54,986 bases of DNA from Octopus bimaculoides (lineage: Eukaryota): positions 107,980,231-108,035,216 of the forward strand of contig NC_068987.1 in the NCBI RefSeq assembly GCF_001194135.2, written 5' to 3'. The notes beneath the pieces were generated by a model. The model searched no databases, was not told the DNA's origin, and worked only from the letters and a program-made list of their open reading frames with translations. This document shows, piece after piece, positions 1 through 12,165 of this stretch; the first letter of the stretch is position 1, and each line of letters begins with the position of its first letter. The translations under genes were made by a program, and so were the position numbers.

Positions 1-139
1 GAGCCGACTACGCAACTGGTATTCAATTCATCGACCCCGAAAGGATGAAAGACAAAGTCGACCTCGGCGGAATTTGAACTCAGAACATAAAGACAAACGA
101 AATATAGCTAAGCATTTCGCCCGGCGTACTAACGTTTCT
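1..139 (-). mobile_element. tRNA-derived SINE (family A), partial copy
   Basis: Reverse complement of the recurrent unit aaggcggcgagctggcagaaacgttagcacgccgg...gagttcaaattccgccgaggtcgactttgcctttcatcctttcggggtcgat, which has A-box-like tggcagaaacg and B-box-like gttcaaattcc; about 20 related copies lie in the window. Confidence 0.85.
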
Positions 140-372
140 TATTTCTTTATTGCCCACAAGAGGCTAAACATAGATGGGACAAACAAGGACAGACAAAGGG
201 ATTAAGTCGATTATATCGACCCCAGTGCGTAACTTATACTTAATTTATCGACCCCGAGAGGATGAAAGGCAAAGTCGACCTCGGCGGAATTTGAACTCAG
301 AACATAACGGCAGACGAAATATTGCTAAGCATTTCGCCCGGCGTGCTAACATTTCTGCTAGCTCGCCGCCTT
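140..372 (-). mobile_element. tRNA-derived SINE family A, near full length, variant 3' tail (gggcaataaagaaata)
   Basis: Same head and body as the other copies; the tail type is shared with the copy at 48041-48262. Confidence 0.88.
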
Positions 373-609
373 GCTTTAACGCGGACATTGAAAGATTCCT
401 GACTTTGCACAATGAATCTAGAGTTAAGGTTTCATAACAATCCATTGTTTTTTATTTATTTTTTGTTTGTTTGCATATTCAGTGTGTATTATTTGTTTTG
501 TCATCAGATACTTTGATACAAACACGTATCTTATCCCACTTTTCTTGAAACAGAGTTGGGATTTGTAGGTGGATCAAACAGCATAATGCTAGTTTCAAAT
601 TTTGATACA

Positions 610-1218
610 AAACCAGACATTCCAGAGGAGAGGCGACGTCGACTAAATCGATACCGTTGCTCAATTAATACGTCCTTTGTCGACCTCGAAAGGATGAAAG
701 CAAAGTCGACCGCGGTGTAATTTGAACTCAGAACGTACTAACGATTCTGCCTCCTCGCCGCCTTCACAAACAACACAATATCATTTTTACTATAGGCAGA
801 AGGTTTGAAACTTTGGGGAAAGGGGTTAGTCGATTACATCGACCCCAATGATTAACTGGCATGTGTTTCATCAACCAAAAGTATGAAAGGCAAAGTCAAC
901 TTAGGCGGAATTTGAAATTAGAGGGTGAAGACGGATGAAATACTGCGAAGTATTTCGTCCGGTGAGCCAACGTTTCTGCCAACTCGAGGCCTTCACAAAT
1001 AGCATTATATCTTGTCTACTAAAGACATAAAGTTTGAAATTAAGACGAAGGGGACAATTCGAATACATCGATGTTTGCTTGGTATTTCATCTACTGACGC
1101 CGAAAGAATGAAAGGAAATGTCGACCTCGGTGGAACATGAACTTAAGACATAAAGACGGATGAAATGCCGGAAAGCATTTTTCCCGGCATTGTAACCATT
1201 CTGCCGGCTCGCCACCTT
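610..1218 (-). mobile_element. Three degenerate head-to-tail SINE family A copies
   Basis: Heads end at 764, 993 and 1218 (period 225-229 bp); each copy retains gtcgac..cggcggaatttgaa and aggatgaaag remnants. Confidence 0.8.
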
Positions 1219-1454
1219 ATATTGATAATAGCATATTATCAACAACACTTTTAATCACAATTTTAAGGCGGCGCAACCAAAGACGTCAGGAACAGATTTC
1301 TTGAATTGCATAGTTAAATTCAGTTCTACTTGTGAGAAAATCCTACCGTCAATAGACAAGAAACATATCCGCAATGGATATTATCGGTTGTCATCTGTAT
1401 GGGAAAAGCAATAACATAAGACGAAAAAACAAAAACAAATAGGCTTTTGAATTA

Positions 1455-2610
1455 TACGAGGTATGTTCAATAAGTATCAGGACTAGTGATGTGAAAGCAA
1501 AACTACAACTCCTATTAATTTGGCTTTTATTCTCCTTCAAAATAGTCCTCTTCGGAAGCCACACACATAATCCAGCGCTCGCTGTTTCCGTTGATGGAAG
1601 CATTCCTGGAACTCGTTTCCTACGATAATCAGTAGCTGCCTTGTCACATTTACTTTGATTTCCTCGACGTCCTCAAATCTTCTTTTTTTACAAGCGGGAT
1701 TTGATATTTGGAAAGAGGAAAAGTCCCAAGGGGTGAGGTCTGGGGAATACGGTGATTATCGGATCTGGGAAATGCTGTGCCTAGCCAAAAACTGCTTCAC
1801 AAGCTGCGCTGAATAGGCGTAGTCATGGTGCAATTACCACTCACCGGACGCATGCAATTGTGACATTTCGTGCAAATGCCGCAAAACGTCACAGTAGTGA
1901 GCATACTCAATCCTCTTGTAGTCGAAGAAAACGGCCAACAATGCCTATGGTTCGGGGTCATAGTCATAGACCCACGATTCATCGGCCGTTATGACGGTTT
2001 TTAAAAAGTTTTCATCGTTCTGGACAGAATCAAGGAGATCTTGTGCAACTGAAACCGAGTGACGTGTTGGTCAGCTAAAAGCAGTTTTGGCACAAACTTG
2101 GTGATAATGAACTGAACTCAACCGTAGCTAATCTGTACTTCCTCTGATAATTCATGGCTAGTGATTCGACGATTTCCCCGTCACAAATGCACGCACATCT
2201 GCGATGTTTTTCTCAGTTCTGCTAGTTGCATGTCTCCGAGAACTTTCGCCACAATCGACATTTTGCAGTCAATTTGGAAACGTCTGAACCACTCGTACAT
2301 TTGTGTGCGGCCCATGAACTCCTCTCAATGCACTTTCTGCAACTTTGTGTTGCATCCGTGAGTTACCAATGTGATCGATAAAGCTGTAAGAAAAAATAAC
2401 AACCATTCGGGTTTCAGTTGTACAAGATCTTGACTGTGTCGAGAACAATGAAAACCTTTTGAAAACTGCGTTGGCTTCCGAGCTGCTATCACTAAGCTTT
2501 TAGCAAAATTTGATGCAGATTCTCTGTCATGGTCAATGCAACGATCACACACTACACACCTTCCTTCCAAGCACTGCTGACGACAGTAGAAGTGAACTAC
2601 AACGTTGAAA
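1455..2610 (-). mobile_element. Tc1/mariner element with decayed transposase
   Basis: TIR-like tacgaggtatgttcaataagtatcaggact at ~1455. The minus strand, read across stops and frameshifts, gives QRICIKFC*KL, KFVPKLL, TVITADESWVYDYDPE, HDN and PYSPDL...DFFLFP, which are mariner DD34D-type motifs. Confidence 0.9.
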
Positions 2611-2626
2611 TTTAGTGCTCATGCAC

Positions 2627-2725
<99 letters not shown>

Positions 2726-2726
2726 G
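2627..2726. repeat. (CA)n microsatellite
   Basis: Direct inspection. Confidence 0.97.
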
Positions 2727-4204
2727 CATATATACTGGAGCCGTTTCGCAGTTCGGCGGCCATCTTGATGTAGTATTATTTTCAGTGTGGAAGAAATCAT
2801 GCTTAGAAGTTTGTATCAATATTCCTGCACGGTAATATACAATAGACTTGTATATTCAAAAGTCAATGCGAAATTAGAATAGTAACTCACAGGATTAATA
2901 GAACTTCATGGTTACACCAAACGATTCGATTCTTAGTTGAAATAATTTCGTCAATCGAATATTCGTAATTTCAGCAGCGTGAGCAGTCTACTTTATATTC
3001 CTGTATATCGGGTGGCTATGTAGGCTGTTCGCCGATTCTGTAAAAAGAGCTCTCTGTGATAGCTACGCAGTTCTCCTAATCCATATCTTATAGTACATAC
3101 ATACATACATACATACATACATACATACACACGCACACACACTTACGCACTCATATATATATTTTGAGAGAGAGAGAGAGAGACATAAAGAACTGTACAT
3201 AAATGAGATTAACCAATACCGTTATACTACCATCATTCAACTGATTCCACATTATTATCATTGTTGTTGTTCATAAAAATAATAGAGATAATCATACATA
3301 CGTACATATGAAAGCCAGTCATGAAAACAAACCCTACAAATATTACATTGCTAATAAGGTACGGGACAAAATCACCAAGCAATGAAGTATAAAATTACAA
3401 ACTTGTCATGGATTGATGTGCAGAAATAAAAAAAAATTGTTACCTAGTCAATTCATGTCTACACATGTCTGTCTACAACGTGAAATGTTCTCCATGACAG
3501 AATATGTTGGATGCTTTTATTGCGGGTTCGAATATGCCTTATGCGTAGTAGATCAGTTAATAAGTTTGTATTTATAGACCTCATTACTTAGAGATTTCGG
3601 TCAGTAGTTTATTTACGGTGAGTTCCCGACTAGCACAACTAGTCATTGTACTATAATAGTGCAATATAATAAGAGCGAGTTGTCTCTCTTGTCAGTTCTC
3701 AGCGTCTGCCTTTCTGTTTTCTGGTACTGAAGAAAAGATAATCACTCCGAAATGCATGCATCCATCAGTCTGGCTACAGAACGCTGCGAGCTGACTCAGC
3801 ATGTTTACACATACCGCTAAATCAAGAAATATTCTCCATAACAAAATACATTGATAGACTTTCTAACGAGTTCGAATATGCCTCAAGCATATTTGAACTG
3901 GTAACAATCTTGTAATATTAATAGGATCAGGCCTGAAAGAGTTAAAAACTAAGAATTGCACCCTCGTGGATACAGACTACGTATTAATATCAGTGAAATA
4001 AAAGTAAATCATACATAAATCTCAAAATTATTGTTTCTGTAACATAAAGTACGAGTTACATTAGGTAATTGTAAATATCTTCTAATATAAAATGAGCTAA
4101 GTCACTGCTAATATGCATTTTATTTAATGACTGCCTAATCAGGAATAACAGTGACGAAGTAAATAAGAAGACAACAATGAAGACTGAAAGCAATGATACC
4201 TTTT

Positions 4205-4820
4205 TCTATTCTAAGCACAAATCTAGTAATATTGAGGAGAGCGAAAAGTTGATTACATAGACTCCATTGTTTAGCTGGCACTCATTTTATCCTTCCCGAA
4301 TGGATGACAGAGAAATTAAGACCTCAGTGGCATCAGAAGGTGAAAAGCCGGAAGAAATGCCTGTATTTTGTCTGGTGTAATAATTATCCTGTCAGTTTTT
4401 ACCAATAATAATTTCTAATTTTTGTCAAATATCCAACAGTTTAAAAGGGGACACAGAGTTCAATAACATCGAACCCAACTGTTCAAAGTGTACTCAATGT
4501 ATCATCCCTAAAGGGTAAATTCGACCTCGGCGGAATGCGCTGCATAAAAAAACCGCTAAGCATCTTTTCCAGCACGGTAAAGGCTCTGCCAATTCTTCAC
4601 TAATAATCTTTTCTATTTTTGCCACAAGGCCTGAAATATTAGTGAGAGGGAAATCTTGTCGGTCACACGGTCCCAGTGGTCGACTGGCACTTACAGAAAT
4701 GACCACAAATGAAATGAAAAACAAAGTCATTTTCCGCAGATTTTGAACCCGGAACGTAAAGCCGGAAGAAATACCGCTTAGCCTTTTGTCAGGCGCAGTA
4801 ACAATTCTCTCACCTCCTTG
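4205..4820 (-). mobile_element. Three old head-to-tail SINE family A copies
   Basis: Degenerate units at ~4205-4400, 4410-4600 and 4605-4820, e.g. ttcgacctcggcggaat and tttgaacccggaacgtaaagccggaagaaataccgcttagc. Confidence 0.7.
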
Positions 4821-4823
4821 CTA

Positions 4824-5210
4824 GTTGTTGTTGGCACTCCGTCGCTTACGACGTCGAGGGTTCCAGTTGATCCGATCAACGGAACAACCTGCTCGTGAAA
4901 TTAACGTGCAAGTGGCTGAGCACTCCAGAGACACGTGTACCCTTAACGTAGTTCTCGGGGAGATTCAGCGTGACACAGTGTGACAAGGTTGACCCTTTGA
5001 ATTACAAGTACAACAGAAACAGCAAGTAAGAGTGAGAGAAAGTTGTGGTGAAAGATTACAGCATGGTTCGCCACCATCCCCTGCCGGAGCCTCGTGAAGC
5101 TTTAGGTGTTTTCGCTCAATAAACACTCACAAAGCCCGGTTTGGGAATCGAAATCGCGATCCTATGACCGCGAGTCCGCTGCCCTAACCACTGGGCCATT
5201 GCGCCTCCAC
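4824..5210 (-). mobile_element. tRNA(Arg)-like SINE family B, full length, well preserved (Ceph-SINE/OR-like)
   Basis: Minus-strand head gtggaggcgcaatggcccagtggttagggcagcggactcgcggtc... has an A box, a TCG anticodon-like loop and B-box-like atttcgattcc; the 3' end is an (AAC)n tail at 4824-4833. Confidence 0.85.
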
Positions 5211-5618
5211 TCCATGCTAGTAGTAAAAATATAAACAACAGCTGAATTGTTATAGGAAAATAAATGATAATGCACTTCAACAATGTATTGATAGCATGAA
5301 GTCAATTAAAACACAATTGTTAAAGTATAACAGATACGAAATGTCTGCTACTTTGTAAATACAACGTTCTGTAATTTACTAATATGATATTACACTTAAC
5401 CGACACACATTTGTAAACAACTAAATAGAAATAAACACAGAAAATACGCATTTCCTGAGTTCTTCTTCAATCACTATTATAACGTTCCTTGATGAACACG
5501 GAAATGATTCTACTTAGCGCAATTGGCTTTCACACATTAATCAATCCACACATTCATTTTAAATGAAACCAAATGGGTCTATTCTCACTTCCTCCCTATT
5601 TTCTGTATATACATACAG

Positions 5619-5702
<84 letters not shown>

Positions 5703-5839
5703 NNNNNNNNNNNNNNNNNNNNNNNNNNNNNNNNNNNNNNNNNNNNNNNNNNNNNNNNNNNNNNNNNNNNNNNNNNNNNNNNNNNNNNNNNNNNNNNNNN
5801 NNNNNNNNNNNNNNNNNNNNNNNNNNNNNNNNNNNNNNN

Positions 5840-5898
<59 letters not shown>

Positions 5899-6034
5899 GA
5901 GTGTGAGTGGTGCCCTTGCGTGCGCATACGTGATGGCTTTTAGATGTGTTGATATAAACAAAGGATAGAGGAAAATATCAGGGAGACCAGGTGCAATAAA
6001 ATTTGTTTAAAATGATATATATACACATTGTTGT

Positions 6035-6200
6035 ATTTGTGGATGGCCATGTTGCCAGTTTAGCCAATAAAAACACACGCACTATATAATTGGTGTTCGC
6101 TTGCTTCAGCTTTATTTTATATTAATTGTATTTCAGCCGGAGTTCTTTGGTCACAAATTCTGTGACCTCATCAGTGGTCCTTTGGTTTCTTCTTTGCTGT
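6035..6200 (-). mobile_element. Probable Penelope-like element terminal fragment carrying a hammerhead-core-like motif
   Basis: Minus strand reads CTGATGA-ggtcac(agaattt)gtgacc-...ggct-GAAA. The flanking ggatggccatgttgccagtttagccaataaaaacacacgc resembles a repeat I recall from octopus sequence; family assignment is by recall only. Confidence 0.45.
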
Positions 6201-6419
6201 GTGTCTCTCCTTACTAACGATCTGCCATTTAATATATATACACAAATATGCCTCTTTCAGATCGCTTTTTGTGACAGACACATGACCACACGCATATATA
6301 TATATATATATATATATATANNNNNNNNNNNNNNNNNNNNNNNNNNNNNNNNNNNNNNNNNNNNNNNNNNNNNNNNNNNNNNNNNNNNNNTATATATATG
6401 CCATTGCTTCATATCTTCA

Positions 6420-7948
6420 AATCTCAGCCGTTCCTATAGACATCAATTTTCGTGATGTTTTGTTTTGTATGGAGGAGACCACAGACGGCAGCAGTATTCG
6501 AGGTGTGCGCATACAAAGGGGGAGAAAATGATGACACCTTGTTCTCTGAACCGGAAGGTTCTTAGGATCCAAGAGCTCATCTAATGAGCTACATCGATCT
6601 TATTGTTGATGTGGGTACTCCAGCTCAGATTGTTGAGAACAGTTACTCCTAGGTGTCTGATATTATTAGAAGCTGTGAGTGATTCCCCTGTAGGAAGAGA
6701 TTGTGGCTGTTTTAGCATAGTCTTTCTTCCAAAATGCATCAGATCAAATTTTCCCTCGTTTAGTTTCATTTTGGTTTAGTCTGAACATTGACACACAGCT
6801 TACAGATCAGACTGGAATGCAGTTCGGTATTTTTCATTGATCATTTGTTAGAGTCATCAGCGAATACTTTCAATTTGCTGTGTTTTATGACACTGGAAAG
6901 GTCGTTATATAGACTATAAAGAGGAGTGGGCCCAAGACAGTCCCCTAAGGGACACCGCTGATGATTTTGCTGGGATTTTGTGGATTCTACCGCTTACAGT
7001 CGTCTGTTTTCCAGGAAATGCTCAATCTAATGTAGTAGTTTTCCACAGATTCCAACGTTCGACAATTTTGACAGTAGGATATTATGGCCACATCTGTCGA
7101 AAGCTTTATTGAAGTCAAGACATATAACATCAGAGTTTGAACCTGATCCCAAGGCTTTAAGTATATCGTCGATATGGTGTAAGAGCTGCGTTAGACAGTC
7201 CCTGTCACGGCAAAAGCAATGTTGGTCTGAATTTAGGAGACTGTGGTTCTCCAGGAAGCTAGCTATCCTTGATCTCACCATCCTTTCAAACACTTTAATG
7301 ATATGAGAGGTGAGGGAGTTTTGGCGATAGTTGACTGCGAGAGATCTGTTTCCCTATCTGAAAACAATGGTGACAGAGATGTTTCGGTATATAACCTGAG
7401 TCTAAAGAATTTCTCAAGAAGTTGGTCAGTGGGACTTCAAGTTGGTATCTACATTCTTTCAGGAGACTAGCGGGGAATCTGTCAGGGTATACAGCAGAAT
7501 AGTATTTGATCTCAGTCATTGCTGCTATGATGTCTGAATGAGTAAATGTTATGTCCGAAATTCTATGTTGGATTTCGACTTCCTTCACGTCCTTTACGTC
7601 ATTATCAGTGGGATCACTAGAGACAGAGCAGTATTGCTTCTGCAGACCATTTATTTAGCGTCGTGTTGGAAAATGCCGTTGTCATCGATCAATGGACCAA
7701 CGGGTGACACAGCGGTCCTATGGTTATTTGCATATGAATAGAACACTTTTGAGTTCTGTTTGATTTTTTCGATAACACACTGTTCCTCTGCAGCTCTTTG
7801 ATTTTCAATGCAGGTTTCCATGTTGGCCTGCAGATGAAGTATTTCCAAATCCAGCCCATTCAATTTTGTTGAATGTGGTTGTTGTATGTGGGAGTATTTT
7901 AATTGTTTGTTTTTTTTATTATTAAGTTTTTTGATGCGCCCGATGAGT

Positions 7949-8007
<59 letters not shown>

Positions 8008-8050
8008 CTGCTTGTGTAAGTAGATTTCGTAGGAGCGTGTTTTGAGCATG
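6420..8050 (-). mobile_element. CR1/L2-group LINE ORF2 (reverse transcriptase) pseudogene
   Basis: ORFs 7651-8049, 7295-7588, 7027-7293 and 6581-6769 give KQNSKVFYSYAN, QHCF..R.CLTQLL..DVICLDFNKAFD, GVP*GTVLGPLLF, an FADD-like codon run (gctgatgac) and HLEYCC.LWSP. An internal (GA)n expansion lies at ~7953-8000. Confidence 0.9.
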
Positions 8051-8051
8051 T

Positions 8052-8880
8052 ATAGATGACGATGTCCTCAAAGCGCTGTCATGTGTTTTCAATGACAGTG
8101 GAACTGAGAGTGAAAGACCAGTCGAATAAGAACAGATCCTTTCTGATTACTCACCGTCATTAACTTACAGCTGTATCTGCTCTAGATGCAATGGTCTCAT
8201 AGTTGAATGCTTACACATATGTAAATACCAGCGGCGTACGCTCTAGCTATGTCAATCATACATTGCAAGGCCATTTATTTTTTAAATATATCAAAAATAA
8301 ATTTGCTAACATAATTTCTTTGTAACAACATCAAAAAGTCTTCAAAACCGAGAAGACTTCAAACGAAGGCGGTCAGATGCGATATGAACATGGCGTTACT
8401 TGGATTATTGAAGACAGCTCTATTCTGACCCCATTTCCCATCCCGTTAAAAACAGCTTCGAAGTCAATCGGTGTTAAAAATGGATGATAGTTCTTGTCTT
8501 TGGTCTCCTCCCTTTATCTGTCAATACGTCTCTGTATCTGACAATGCCACTCCTAGTTATTTGCTATTGATGTCGCTAAACTCCAACCATACGGTTGGAT
8601 AGACTTGACCATTTTACCTCAGCCTAAAAATAAAAGCCCTTTCAAAATTCTTTGTCAGTCATATTCCTTCTTCCATTCAGGATCAAAATTTTTCCAACGC
8701 AAGATATAGTGTGATACGCAAGCATTCAACTATGAGACCATTGCATCTAGAGCAGATACAGCTGTAAGTTCATGACGGTGAGTAATCAGAAAGGATCTGT
8801 TCTTATTCGACTGGTCTTTCACTCTCAGCTCCACTGTCATTGAAAACACATGACAGCGCTTTGAGGACATCGTCATCTAT
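8052..8880. repeat. 161-bp near-perfect inverted repeat (arms 8052-8212 and 8720-8880) around a 507-bp spacer
   Basis: Base-by-base comparison of the left arm with the reverse complement of the right arm shows only 2 mismatches. Confidence 0.95.
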
Positions 8881-10451
8881 TGTTCGGTGTACTTAGATAA
8901 GTCTTGTTCAAATTAGGTTTATTACACTCCTTTGTCAGGTTTTGCCTTTCTCCTCACGGATCCAGAGCAATCCACCTCAACTATTTCTCTAATGGGTTTC
9001 AGGTTGCCTGTAGCACTCAAAAATAACATGAAATTTTTTGAACGCACACGCACACATATACATATTTATGCATGCATATATACATACGTACATACACACA
9101 CATACAATATATATATCTTCATAAATAACACGCATTTACACATACATATGTACATACATACACATACACACACTCACAATATTCTGTATAGACACAAGCA
9201 TACTCGCATATGCATGCATACATAATCACAAACACACATACACACATTTATATCTGAAAGACAGAGAGAGTGAGACAGAAGTTGAGAATAAATTTAACTC
9301 ATTATATGATCCGGAAAAATCAATAAGTAGAAAAGAATCCAGTTATAAAACCCATCAGGTTTGTTTTGTTCGGCGCACCCTTGCAAATTGGAGGTTATGT
9401 TTCAACAGTTTTGTCACTGACTTAATTACGAACTTAAAGTGTTCTTTGTATGTTATTTACTATCAATAAAACACGAATGGAGAAATGGAAATCCTATCTT
9501 ATAAAGGCAAATAGACAAGAAAACAACCGAGTGAAAAAAGAAGGAAAAGACAAGAAAGAATGACAAAGGTGGAAGAAAAGGGAATAAGAAAAGTAAAACA
9601 CAAAAGAATGGAAAATTGAAGTAATCTGGTATCGGAAACAATCGCTTATATTTATTACATATTACTGATATAGGACTGATACAGAAATACGAATATGGAA
9701 TGGAAAATAAAAGTTCATGTTAGGAGTGGTGTTGTCGAGTAGAACCATTTCGTAAAGATATTTGTTAGCTGGTCATATGTACTAGCTCTATAGTGTAAGA
9801 AATGCTAAGAATTGAACTAAAGGCGTTAAGATATATAAGTTAACATGTCAATATTTTATTGGTGTAGTAGATTTGGATTAACGGAGATGACTATCGACAA
9901 GTTCATATCGGCGTAAATAAATAAATATTCAGACTTATCAATAAATATTCAAAATGGTTGAAACTCTGGTTCTGAAATAAAATACGTCATGACACACACA
10001 TACATGTAAGCCGAAGGTAATCCCATACACCGGTCTTCTCCATTTTTAATATGTATATATATATATATATATATNNNNNNNNNNNNNNNNNNNNNNNNNN
10101 NNNNNNNNNNNNNNNNNNNNNNNNNNNNNNNNNNNNNNNNNNNNNNNNNNNNNNNNNNNNNNNNNNNNNNNNNNNNNNNNNNNNNNNNNNNNNNNNNNNN
10201 NNNNNNNNNNNNNNNNNNNNNNNNNNNNNNNNNNNNNNNNNNNNNNNNNNNNNNNNNNNNNNNNNNNNNNNNNNNNNNNNNNNNNNNNNNNNNNNNNNNN
10301 NNNNNNNNNNNNNNNNNNNNNNNNNNNNNNNNNNNNNNNNNNNNNNNNNNNNNNNNNNNNNNNNNNNNNNNNNNNNNNNNNNNNNNNNNNNNNNNNNNNN
10401 NNNNNNNNNNNNNNNNNNNNNNNNNNNNNNNNNNNNNNNNNNNNNNNNNNN

Positions 10452-10485
<34 letters not shown>

Positions 10486-11789
10486 CAAACACATGCGTAT
10501 GCATTAAATCATGCATATGCATATATATATATGCACAGGTTCAAACATAAATACACACAAGTATATAGAACAGATGAACGTCAAATTGACACAGTTATAT
10601 ACTTATATAAAAATATGTGTGTGCGTGTGTTTGTGTATTTCTGTGTGTGTGTGCCTGAATAAGTTTATGTGTGTATGTATGTACGTGCGTGTGTAGAATA
10701 CATATATTTACTTTCATTTTCATATTCTGACAATCGGGAAACAATTCAAGCGTCAAGACAATAAAAATTTTATTCGAACATAGCTAATCGTATTAAAGTT
10801 TATTTTTAGATCTTAGTATCTAAAAACGAGCTTATACTAATCTAAAAATCTTATATGTATATTCAAATTTAATAAGCCTCGGTGTATAGAAAAGCTATGT
10901 AAACTAAAATGAGACAATAACAAAAATATAGCGGGTGACCATAATAATTGGTAGCCCTAAATATTACTGCAAAAAAAACTTTGTGGAAAGGCAGCCAGTC
11001 TTAATAATAGTAAAGAGAATGGAGGTAATATTAAAAGGCATAATAATGTGTATGTATGTGTGTGTGTGTATATATATATAAGTATATATAGAGGTATATA
11101 TATATATATATATATATAAGTATATATAGAGGTATATATANNNNNNNNNNNNNNNNNNNNNNNNNNNNNNNNNNNNNNNNNNNNNNNNNNNNNNNNNNNN
11201 NNNNNNNNNNNNNNNNNNNNNNNNNNNNNNNNNNNNNNNNNNNNNNNNNNNNNNNNNNNNNNNNNNNNNNNNNNNNNNNNNNNNNNNNNNNNNNNNNNNN
11301 NNNNNNNNNNNNNNNNNNNNNNNNNNNNNNNNNNNNNNNNNNNNNNNNNNNNNNNNNNNNNNNNNNNNNNNNNNNNNNNNNNNNNNNNNNNNNNNNNNNN
11401 NNNNNNNNNNNNNNNNNNNNNNNNNNNNNNNNNNNNNNNNNNNNNNNNNNNNNNNNNNNNNNNNNNNNNNNNNNNNNNNNNNNNNNNNNNNNNNNNNNNN
11501 NNNNNNNNNNNNNNNNNNNNNNNNNNNNNNNNNNNNNNNNNNNNNNNNNNNNNNNNNNNNNNNNNNNNNNNNNNNNNNNNNNNNNNNNNNNNNNNNNNNN
11601 NNNNNNNNNNNNNNNNNNNNNNNNNNNNNNNNNNNNNNNNNNNNNNNNNNNNNNNNNNNNNNNNNNNNNNNNNNNNNNNNNNNNNNNNNNNNNNNNNNNN
11701 NNNNNNNNNNNNNNNNNNNNNNNNNNNNNNNNNNNNNNNNNNNNNTATACATATATATATAGACATTTTTGTATGCCAGATACATCCGC

Positions 11790-12165
11790 TAGAGTACTGG
11801 TCTGGTACTTAATTTATTGACATTTCGACCCCGATATGATGGAAGGTGACATCGGTATTGGCAGAATTTGAGCTCCGAAATGCAAAACGGACGAAATGCT
11901 CCTAAGCTTTCTGTCCGACATCTTTACGTTTATGCCTTCTCGCTGCATTAACAAATATAATAAATGTAGGAACAATACCTGAAATTTTAGTGCTGGGATA
12001 TAATCAATAAAATCGACTCCAGTGCTCAATTTTTACTTATTTCATCGACCCGGAAATGGTGAAAGGCAAATGGTGGCAGATTGAGCTCTAAAAGTTAAGA
12101 CGGACGAAATGCCACGAATCCTTTTCGCCGGCGTGTCGACGAGTGTACCAGCTTGCTGCTTTTAT
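11790..12165 (-). mobile_element. Two tandem degenerate SINE family A copies
   Basis: tttcgaccccgatatgatggaagg...ggacgaaatgc and catcgacccggaaatggtgaaaggcaaa...ggacgaaatgcc. Confidence 0.75.

Noticed and set aside
5130-5210. tRNA-Arg gene
   Set aside because: The tRNA-like sequence is the head of a SINE, continuing into a ~300-bp body and (AAC)n tail, with no complete acceptor stem.
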